Shown here in pieces: positions 1-7,363 of a DNA stretch of 7,371 nucleotides. Made by a program: the position numbers and the translations under genes. The stretch is taken from the NCBI GenBank assembly GCA_000004985.1, contig GG739143.1, one strand, 5' to 3'. The stretch comes from Naegleria gruberi (lineage: Eukaryota). The notes under the pieces were generated by a model that was not told the origin of the DNA, made no database searches, and saw only the letters and a program-made list of their open reading frames with translations. Every line of letters starts with the position of its first letter. Positions within the stretch are counted from its first letter, which is position 1.

Positions 1-236
1 CAACTTTTTGATAGGTTTCAAAACAAACTGGCAGAAACCTCTTTCCAACTGTCTTGCTTTGAGTCTTTCAACCATTTACCACTCTCAGCATCAAAATAAT
101 TATCTCCCCACAATTTTTCTGCCACAACATTCACATCCATTCCAAACTTTTTCGAATAAAACTTGGCAAAATCATGCAAATTAAAAGCCCAACCTCCCAA
201 TGCAGATCCAAAAGTAACATGACCATTCTGTGGATC
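1..236 (-). pseudogene. eEF2-family (elongation factor 2-like) gene fragment. It is 5'-truncated at 236 and frameshifted near 46-52, and continues past the window start.
   Basis: The minus-strand translation from 236 down to about 48 reads DPQNGHVTFGSALGGWAFNLHDFAKFYSKKFGMDVNVVAEKLWGDNYFDAESGKWLKDSKQDS. This aligns residue by residue with the eEF2 G'-region (yeast: [55 protein letters not shown]). That frame then hits TGA at 18-20. Homology continues in the next frame from about 48 down to 1 as LERGFCQFVLKPIKKL (human eEF2: LPRTFCQLILDPIFKV; yeast: LERAFNMFILDPIFRL). This indicates a 1-nt indel. Upstream of 236 all three frames are closed (TAA at 237-239 and others), so the GTPase domain is missing. 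Codons are non-optimal (gga, gtg, gcc, tcg, gag), unlike a highly expressed EF2. Confidence 0.7.
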
Positions 237-254
237 TTAGGATTATCATTTTGT
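236..254. repeat. Left copy of a perfect 19-bp inverted repeat (cttaggattatcattttgt).
   Basis: The exact reverse complement occurs at 1828-1846. The match does not extend beyond 19 bp in either direction. The copy abuts the truncation point of the eEF2-like fragment. Confidence 0.9.
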
Positions 255-362
255 ATTTAAGGAATTTAACAGCTGAAGGTTATCTATATGGATTCTATAT
301 ATTACATTTTGATCATTTTTTGCCAGTTTTTATGATTTTACATATTTTAGTTTGTTATCTCA

Positions 363-376
363 ATATATATATATAT
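363..376. repeat. (AT)7 microsatellite.
   Basis: atatatatatatat is read directly from the sequence. The flanking sequence tctcaat...tttcaaa resembles the flanks of the 1697-1710 copy. Confidence 0.95.
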
Positions 377-652
377 TTCAAATTTAAACCCCACTTATTA
401 ATTAGTAGCTTAATTCTTTATAGTTATAAATGGAGAAAAACCTAAATTATTGATCAATAGGAGTTGCTTAATGACTACTAAAACATAAAAATTGTTCAAG
501 ATGAATAGAAACATTATCAGACTCGTATCATTTCGTTCTGTTGGTATTCTGTTAAAATACCTTTTACTACTTAAACACAAAGAAGAACAATTCTTGGAGT
601 TTTTTTGCAAACTTTCCCCCTTACTGTAGTGCAATAAAAATTGAACATTCAA

Positions 653-666
653 ATATATATATATAT
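653..666. repeat. (AT)7 microsatellite.
   Basis: atatatatatatat is read directly from the sequence. Confidence 0.95.
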
Positions 667-736
667 TGATAAAAATAGAACTCGTTTCTAATTTCACAAC
701 ACAACACCCCATAAATTGGATAGTTGTAATTTTCTA

Positions 737-749
737 ATATATATATATA
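737..749. repeat. (AT)6 microsatellite.
   Basis: The run is preceded by ttctaa, as at 1691-1696. Confidence 0.9.
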
Positions 750-1346
750 ACAGAATTATTACAATATTCGCCTTATTTAAGGTGTTCTATTTGTTTTCTA
801 TCTAGTAATTTAACTTTAATGTTGGTATCATTGTTTTTCAAAGAGAAAATCTTACTAAATAATCTTGAATGTAATCTCTCCTGTTACTTTTCACCCTTAT
901 TGAATAATATTTTCTTGATTGCTCTCCTTTTATGAGAAGAAGTTTGGGTAACATAATATATATTTTCATTTATTTAACATGGCTAAAAAAAATACAATAA
1001 ATATCAATTTCTGCATTAATTGGATTGTAGAGGGTCAATATTTACTGAGGGTGTTGAAGACTTACCTTTACAGGAAGTTGGTACAACATGATTTATTGTT
1101 CTCTCCTAACAAACCTGTAATGGGATGTTTGAAAATCGTTGACAAGAACATTTGTACGTTTTTAATTATTGATAGAGAATGCTGCTTACCAAGATGTAGT
1201 ACATGTTGAACAGCATTCAAAACAATACAACTGAGTGCATTGTGATATGTTGATATCACCAAATCGGCATCACTATTTTAGGATGTTGTTCAAAGAGGAA
1301 ATACTTTTTCTGAAAAACAGTACATTTAAACACTTTCATAGTTTGT

Positions 1347-1361
1347 TATATATATATATAT
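1347..1361. repeat. (TA)7 microsatellite.
   Basis: tatatatatatatat is read directly from the sequence. Confidence 0.95.
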
Positions 1362-1696
1362 TACAGAAAGTTCTCCTATTACCCAAATACTTACTTGTTA
1401 TTTTTCTGTAAGTTTTGATCCTCTTCAAGTCAGATTGAATTAGTCCAATTATTGTTTAAATAAACAAGATTATTTGCTGAAATGCTTGAAATCGGAATTC
1501 ATTAAACTGATTTTGTCATAATGCATGTTGTTGAAAATATTTCAATTTAATAATCTTTAAATATTGATTAAGAAAGGAAATCAGTAAATTTATCTTTAAA
1601 TAATATATTAGTTTCTTTATGGAAAGGTATGAGTTTTCGTGGTTATTTTATTGATCAAGTTATCCTTATTTAGCTTCCTTATTAACTTTTGTTCTA

Positions 1697-1710
1697 ATAT
1701 ATATATATAT
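1697..1710. repeat. (AT)7 microsatellite.
   Basis: It has ttctaat on the left and tttcaaa on the right, which resembles the copies at 363 and 737. Confidence 0.95.
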
Positions 1711-1792
1711 TTCAAAACAAATCAAGAGAATACATTTTTCGAAAAGTTTTATCTCTTGATAGTTAGTAATCTGAAAGGGAATCTTCACCTAT

Positions 1793-2410
1793 TTATCTCT
1801 CAGTTTTCATAAAGAAAAATATATAAAACAAAATGATAATCCTAAGTTTTTGAACAATCTCCCATTCTGCTTGATTTTCAACACTATTGAATTGGGTAGA
1901 TGGTGTAGAAAGATCCATACACAATCTCCAAATACAAGTCAAACATCTTTGCAAGACGTGGTAATGTTGCTTGGTCATTCTTGTTCTGATTGGTTGATTA
2001 TTTGTTACTGGGAGTGGGCTGTTTCTATCGCTACCAGAACTAGTACCGAAAGGATTGGATGAACCTACAGATGGTGGAGCACTATTAGGTCCGTTATTAA
2101 CTTGGTAAATGGATTGAATGGTACTGATTGGTTGGTATAATTGCAAAATGGAAATCATTAATTTGTAAACGTGTATTCTGTAAACATAATTCCAAATAAG
2201 TTTCAATCTTTCGCAACCAGTATTTCTATTCAAATTATTATTAATCAAAACATCACACAATAAATCCAAACAGAAGAGGGAAGTATCTAAGTCTCTTTCA
2301 TAATAGTAATAGGTTGAGGTAGTTGCATTTTGTTGTTTGGTTGTTTTCAATGTGAACAAGTGAGGAGCAGAATGAATGTGCCAATTAAAAAATGCAAGAC
2401 GATAAATCAT
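1793..2410 (-). CDS. Hypothetical protein of about 205 aa from the ATG at 2410-2408. The ORF is open to 2452 but that codon is TTG. It is tentatively Mediator Med7-like.
   Basis: A 219-codon open frame sits in a region where the plus strand is full of stops. The central region uses strongly yeast-preferred codons (gct cca cca tct gta ggt tca tcc ... aga). The protein has an S/P/N/G-rich low-complexity middle. The motif pair LDLLCDVLI ... ERLKLIWNYVYRIH, with spacing of about 22 residues, resembles the Med7 core LDLLDILI ... EDLKLLFVHVHHL. Total size matches Med7 (about 220 aa). The last 17 codons (LRIIILFYIFFFMKTER) are encoded by the inverted repeat and AT-rich DNA, so the native C-terminus may have been replaced. 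Confidence 0.5.
   Translation of the reverse strand: MIYRLAFFNWHIHSAPHLFTLKTTKQQNATTSTYYYYERDLDTSLFCLDLLCDVLINNNLNRNTGCERLKLIWNYVYRIHVYKLMISILQLYQPISTIQSIYQVNNGPNSAPPSVGSSNPFGTSSGSDRNSPLPVTNNQPIRTRMTKQHYHVLQRCLTCIWRLCMDLSTPSTQFNSVENQAEWEIVQKLRIIILFYIFFFMKTER
1828..1846. repeat. Right copy of the perfect 19-bp inverted repeat (acaaaatgataatcctaag).
   Basis: This is the exact reverse complement of 236-254. It lies in the last 17 codons of the minus-strand ORF 1793-2452, where coding-like codon usage gives way to AT-rich sequence. Confidence 0.9.
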
Positions 2411-2494
2411 CAATTCCCGAAGTTGTTGTTGATGATGAAGAAACAAATCCAACTATTCCAGGACATGAATCCATCATTGAACAAAATCCTTCTT
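2392..2494 (+). CDS. Possible 5' end of a plus-strand gene (MQDDKSSIPEVVVDDEETNPTIPGHESIIEQNPS...) that runs into the assembly gap.
   Basis: The ATG sits in an aaaaaATGc context. All 34 visible codons are yeast-preferred (gaa gtt gat cca att tca caa), giving an acidic N-terminus. It overlaps the 5' end of the minus-strand ORF 1793-2410/2452, so at most one of the two start assignments is correct. Confidence 0.25.
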
Positions 2495-5400
2495 NNNNNN
2501 NNNNNNNNNNNNNNNNNNNNNNNNNNNNNNNNNNNNNNNNNNNNNNNNNNNNNNNNNNNNNNNNNNNNNNNNNNNNNNNNNNNNNNNNNNNNNNNNNNNN
2601 NNNNNNNNNNNNNNNNNNNNNNNNNNNNNNNNNNNNNNNNNNNNNNNNNNNNNNNNNNNNNNNNNNNNNNNNNNNNNNNNNNNNNNNNNNNNNNNNNNNN
2701 NNNNNNNNNNNNNNNNNNNNNNNNNNNNNNNNNNNNNNNNNNNNNNNNNNNNNNNNNNNNNNNNNNNNNNNNNNNNNNNNNNNNNNNNNNNNNNNNNNNN
2801 NNNNNNNNNNNNNNNNNNNNNNNNNNNNNNNNNNNNNNNNNNNNNNNNNNNNNNNNNNNNNNNNNNNNNNNNNNNNNNNNNNNNNNNNNNNNNNNNNNNN
2901 NNNNNNNNNNNNNNNNNNNNNNNNNNNNNNNNNNNNNNNNNNNNNNNNNNNNNNNNNNNNNNNNNNNNNNNNNNNNNNNNNNNNNNNNNNNNNNNNNNNN
3001 NNNNNNNNNNNNNNNNNNNNNNNNNNNNNNNNNNNNNNNNNNNNNNNNNNNNNNNNNNNNNNNNNNNNNNNNNNNNNNNNNNNNNNNNNNNNNNNNNNNN
3101 NNNNNNNNNNNNNNNNNNNNNNNNNNNNNNNNNNNNNNNNNNNNNNNNNNNNNNNNNNNNNNNNNNNNNNNNNNNNNNNNNNNNNNNNNNNNNNNNNNNN
3201 NNNNNNNNNNNNNNNNNNNNNNNNNNNNNNNNNNNNNNNNNNNNNNNNNNNNNNNNNNNNNNNNNNNNNNNNNNNNNNNNNNNNNNNNNNNNNNNNNNNN
3301 NNNNNNNNNNNNNNNNNNNNNNNNNNNNNNNNNNNNNNNNNNNNNNNNNNNNNNNNNNNNNNNNNNNNNNNNNNNNNNNNNNNNNNNNNNNNNNNNNNNN
3401 NNNNNNNNNNNNNNNNNNNNNNNNNNNNNNNNNNNNNNNNNNNNNNNNNNNNNNNNNNNNNNNNNNNNNNNNNNNNNNNNNNNNNNNNNNNNNNNNNNNN
3501 NNNNNNNNNNNNNNNNNNNNNNNNNNNNNNNNNNNNNNNNNNNNNNNNNNNNNNNNNNNNNNNNNNNNNNNNNNNNNNNNNNNNNNNNNNNNNNNNNNNN
3601 NNNNNNNNNNNNNNNNNNNNNNNNNNNNNNNNNNNNNNNNNNNNNNNNNNNNNNNNNNNNNNNNNNNNNNNNNNNNNNNNNNNNNNNNNNNNNNNNNNNN
3701 NNNNNNNNNNNNNNNNNNNNNNNNNNNNNNNNNNNNNNNNNNNNNNNNNNNNNNNNNNNNNNNNNNNNNNNNNNNNNNNNNNNNNNNNNNNNNNNNNNNN
3801 NNNNNNNNNNNNNNNNNNNNNNNNNNNNNNNNNNNNNNNNNNNNNNNNNNNNNNNNNNNNNNNNNNNNNNNNNNNNNNNNNNNNNNNNNNNNNNNNNNNN
3901 NNNNNNNNNNNNNNNNNNNNNNNNNNNNNNNNNNNNNNNNNNNNNNNNNNNNNNNNNNNNNNNNNNNNNNNNNNNNNNNNNNNNNNNNNNNNNNNNNNNN
4001 NNNNNNNNNNNNNNNNNNNNNNNNNNNNNNNNNNNNNNNNNNNNNNNNNNNNNNNNNNNNNNNNNNNNNNNNNNNNNNNNNNNNNNNNNNNNNNNNNNNN
4101 NNNNNNNNNNNNNNNNNNNNNNNNNNNNNNNNNNNNNNNNNNNNNNNNNNNNNNNNNNNNNNNNNNNNNNNNNNNNNNNNNNNNNNNNNNNNNNNNNNNN
4201 NNNNNNNNNNNNNNNNNNNNNNNNNNNNNNNNNNNNNNNNNNNNNNNNNNNNNNNNNNNNNNNNNNNNNNNNNNNNNNNNNNNNNNNNNNNNNNNNNNNN
4301 NNNNNNNNNNNNNNNNNNNNNNNNNNNNNNNNNNNNNNNNNNNNNNNNNNNNNNNNNNNNNNNNNNNNNNNNNNNNNNNNNNNNNNNNNNNNNNNNNNNN
4401 NNNNNNNNNNNNNNNNNNNNNNNNNNNNNNNNNNNNNNNNNNNNNNNNNNNNNNNNNNNNNNNNNNNNNNNNNNNNNNNNNNNNNNNNNNNNNNNNNNNN
4501 NNNNNNNNNNNNNNNNNNNNNNNNNNNNNNNNNNNNNNNNNNNNNNNNNNNNNNNNNNNNNNNNNNNNNNNNNNNNNNNNNNNNNNNNNNNNNNNNNNNN
4601 NNNNNNNNNNNNNNNNNNNNNNNNNNNNNNNNNNNNNNNNNNNNNNNNNNNNNNNNNNNNNNNNNNNNNNNNNNNNNNNNNNNNNNNNNNNNNNNNNNNN
4701 NNNNNNNNNNNNNNNNNNNNNNNNNNNNNNNNNNNNNNNNNNNNNNNNNNNNNNNNNNNNNNNNNNNNNNNNNNNNNNNNNNNNNNNNNNNNNNNNNNNN
4801 NNNNNNNNNNNNNNNNNNNNNNNNNNNNNNNNNNNNNNNNNNNNNNNNNNNNNNNNNNNNNNNNNNNNNNNNNNNNNNNNNNNNNNNNNNNNNNNNNNNN
4901 NNNNNNNNNNNNNNNNNNNNNNNNNNNNNNNNNNNNNNNNNNNNNNNNNNNNNNNNNNNNNNNNNNNNNNNNNNNNNNNNNNNNNNNNNNNNNNNNNNNN
5001 NNNNNNNNNNNNNNNNNNNNNNNNNNNNNNNNNNNNNNNNNNNNNNNNNNNNNNNNNNNNNNNNNNNNNNNNNNNNNNNNNNNNNNNNNNNNNNNNNNNN
5101 NNNNNNNNNNNNNNNNNNNNNNNNNNNNNNNNNNNNNNNNNNNNNNNNNNNNNNNNNNNNNNNNNNNNNNNNNNNNNNNNNNNNNNNNNNNNNNNNNNNN
5201 NNNNNNNNNNNNNNNNNNNNNNNNNNNNNNNNNNNNNNNNNNNNNNNNNNNNNNNNNNNNNNNNNNNNNNNNNNNNNNNNNNNNNNNNNNNNNNNNNNNN
5301 NNNNNNNNNNNNNNNNNNNNNNNNNNNNNNNNNNNNNNNNNNNNNNNNNNNNNNNNNNNNNNNNNNNNNNNNNNNNNNNNNNNNNNNNNNNNNNNNNNNN

Positions 5401-5507
5401 NNNNNNNNNNNNNNNNNNNNNNNNNNNNNNNNNNNNNNNNNNNNNNNNNNNNNNNNNNNNNNNNNNNNNNNNNNNNNNNNNNNNNNNNNNNNNNNNNNNN
5501 NNNNNNN
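2495..5507. other. Assembly gap of 3,013 N. Its true size is unknown.
   Basis: It is an uninterrupted run of N. The long ORFs reported across it are artefacts of N being translated as X. Confidence 0.99.
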
Positions 5508-6192
5508 CAAATTCTAATTTAATGTTATTCATGAGAAGAGATGCAACAAATAGCTCTATTTCATCATTAGGAATAACTTTGACAAAATCTGTAATGAACG
5601 AGTAGTATGTTTGGTCACTTGGGCAAATAGTAGAGTAAAACGAAAGATTTTTCATTGATTCCATAACAAGTTCCTGTCTACGCACGATCGTTTTTGCAAA
5701 ATAAGAGAGATAGAGTTGAGATAAACCTTCAATCCAGTATCTTTCATTTTCAAAGTATTCGATATCAAATTGTTGCTTCATATTATTGGCAACATCGCCA
5801 CCATCAATATTTCTAAAAGTATTAAAAACACTCTTCAGTTCATTCCAAATATTGTCGTTCTTGGGACTATTCTCCAATATTGTTGAATAGATTTCGTAAT
5901 TGTGCATTATTTGTGTGTTTCGTTCTCCCTTAATGTTCTTGATGGACATTGAAAAAAACACCAAAGCAAGAGCCTCCCTTAGTCTTTGTTTTTGAAATAA
6001 TGCAAATGATTGTTCATTCACTCTCTGTTCAAATGTTACACTGCTCTGAAGAAACTCTGTATGTAATGCGAGAGTAGGATGTTCAATAATGCACTGACAT
6101 ATTATTAAGGCAGTTTGATCATCTGTGTTATCAACGGCATTTTCGGCCTGTACAGAGTAATCCTTAATATGTAATGATACTCTTTCTGACAT
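5508..6192 (-). CDS. N-terminal 228 codons of a large unidentified protein, which continues into the gap.
   Basis: The 685-nt frame is open from ATG 6192-6190, in a caacaaaaaaaATGtc context, to the gap edge. Yeast-like codon usage and a normal amino-acid composition argue against a chance ORF in roughly 33% GC DNA. I could find no recognisable family motif. Confidence 0.7.
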
Positions 6193-6592
6193 TTTTTTTG
6201 TTGCAATTGTATTAATTTCTCAGAAATGAGTAGTAGCCTCCTAAGAGATGATTTCAGTCCTCTCACATATACTTTATACTATCCAGAGTTTCATCTACTC
6301 ACCAGTCCTCAATTTTCTATTACACAGAAATTGTTAAGAGTTTAATAAGTAAATGTTTTGGTATAGAAAACCTTCCATCAATATCAAGACTACAATGATC
6401 ACCACTCGTAGAACCTTAGGAAGTTCAATTCTATTAAGGAGTGATATAATTTGTGTGTCCAGAATCCATGGTGTTTGGAGGTTTGGATCAATTTCTAAAT
6501 TTACTACTTTCTAAAAATATTACACAACTTGTGAATTAATTTTCAATCAATCTGAAACAAATTCAAAAATACTAAAAAAAAACAAACAATAT
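6193..6592. promoter_or_regulatory. Divergent intergenic or promoter region shared by the minus-strand large gene and the plus-strand eIF4A-like gene.
   Basis: A 400-bp non-coding stretch lies between two divergently oriented ATGs. It contains TATA-like stretches (gatataattt near 6444; tatactttatact near 6268) and an A-rich leader before 6593. Confidence 0.4.
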
Positions 6593-7363
6593 ATGAATAG
6601 TTTCGATAATTTATTGTTGACAGATGATCTCTTGAGAGGAATATATGGCTATGGTTTTGAAACCATGAGTTCTATCCAACAAGAAATATTAAATCCACAA
6701 CAACAACAAACACAACCATCACAACAACAACCATCAAACAGTTCAATGATCGTTCAAGGTCGATCAGGAGAGGGCAAAACCATTGGATTAATTATTAAAG
6801 TATTGAAAACAGTTGATTTTCAAAAGGATGATGATGATAATGGTGTAGAATTGCAAGGTTTAATTCTTGTTCCGAATGAATATTTAGGAAAACAAATAAC
6901 CAAAGCCATGATTTACTTGGGTGAATATATTAGAAATGCAACAATTTCTGATAATGTGAATGAAAATCCGAGAATTCTCATAACCACTCCATCAATAGTC
7001 ATTGAAAAGAAGATTAATGTATCCAAATTGAAAATTCTAGCATGTGATGAAATGAATGTCATGTTACAAATTGGATCACCAACTAGAAGATGTATTAAGA
7101 GAATTTTACAACAAATTCCAAACGAAACTGAAATTATTTGTGTTGGTTCAAGTAAATTGCCACCAGAATGTTATATACATGATCAGCATTTGAAACATTC
7201 ACGTATCATTCAACAAGATAGTGAATTGGGAAGAAATATTTCTGAAAGTTTTGTTTATTGTCCAAAATTGGAGCAAAAACTTGCAACATTGAAGGAACGT
7301 GTCAACACTACTTTTCCATCCAATGTAATATTTTGTAATAATTCTAAAAACAAGGAGAAATAG
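6593..7363 (+). CDS. eIF4A-family DEAD-box paralogue with degenerate catalytic motifs, either a pseudo-helicase or a decaying copy. It ends at an in-frame TAG inside the expected RecA2 domain.
   Basis: [20 protein letters not shown] (4-23) is nearly identical to the eIF4A Q-motif region ([20 protein letters not shown]). The P-loop is GRSGEGKT (6758-6781) rather than AQSGTGKT. Motif Ia is PNEYLG (6872-6889) rather than PTRELA. Motif Ib is TTPSIV rather than GTPGRV. Motif II is DEMN (7046-7057) rather than DEAD. Motif III is GSS (7145-7153) rather than SAT. The C-terminal [14 protein letters not shown] aligns to eIF4A TQAVIFCNTRRKVE. The frame is intact for 256 codons and the A-rich start context is good. 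Confidence 0.75.
   Translation: [256 protein letters not shown]

Larger units (their letters stand above)
236..1846. mobile_element. Candidate inserted segment or non-autonomous element of about 1.6 kb: an AT-rich non-coding segment bounded by the 19-bp inverted repeats, with no recognisable transposase.
   Basis: Inward-facing 19-bp terminal inverted repeats flank the segment. The interior has only short, low-complexity ORFs and five (TA)n microsatellites. Both flanks are coding sequences that end abruptly at the repeats. There is no clean target-site duplication. An 8-bp direct repeat ccattctg lies 5 bp outside the left repeat (223-230) and 16 bp outside the right repeat (1863-1870). Confidence 0.3.

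Noticed and set aside
18-200. The track shows an M start for ORF 18-200 and for ORF 1793-2452.
   Set aside because: The codons at 200-198 and 2452-2450 are TTG, so the track evidently allows alternative starts. The eEF2 homology continues upstream of 200 as far as 236. The first real ATG of the second ORF is at 2410.
216-260. An intron acceptor (ccacag|AATGG) as an alternative explanation for the 5' end of the eEF2-like exon.
   Set aside because: There is no TACTAAC-like branch point within about 100 nt upstream on the minus strand. No upstream eEF2 exons exist anywhere in the window. Yeast EF2 genes are not known to carry a 1.6-kb internal intron. Truncation is more parsimonious.
1242-1259. 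An imperfect palindrome gtgatat-gttg-atatcac with 7-bp arms.
   Set aside because: It is a short hairpin-capable motif of a size expected by chance in AT-rich sequence. No flanking promoter or terminator context suggests a function.
230-1262. Short ORFs in the AT-rich segment: 230-445 (+), 410-712 (-), 979-1209 (+) and 1068-1262 (-). There is also 1850-2062 (+), which is antisense to the real minus-strand ORF.
   Set aside because: Their peptides are low-complexity and rich in I, L, F and Y. Two of them start at non-ATG codons. They overlap each other and show no homology signal. They are the expected chance ORFs in AT-rich DNA.
1763-1769. A minus-strand TACTAAC, the yeast branch-point consensus.
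   Set aside because: It lies downstream of the stop of ORF 1793-2452. No GTATGT donor sits upstream on that strand in coding context. It is a chance 7-mer.
223-1870. An 8-bp direct repeat ccattctg (223-230 and 1863-1870) as the target-site duplication of a hAT-like element.
   Set aside because: It is not immediately adjacent to the 19-bp inverted repeats, with offsets of 5 and 16 bp. The sequences between the repeat and the inverted repeats do not match each other. In both places the 8-mer is part of ordinary coding sequence (CAGAATGG). It is probably coincidence, and is mentioned only as a weak possibility under the inverted-repeat finding.
2330-6192. Very long ORFs in the provided track: 2330-5605 (+), 2385-5510 (-), 2392-5517 (+) and 2410-6192 (-, 1260 aa).
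   Set aside because: They span the run of N, which is translated as X and can never give a stop. Only their non-N ends carry information. The frame relationship across a gap of unknown true length is meaningless.
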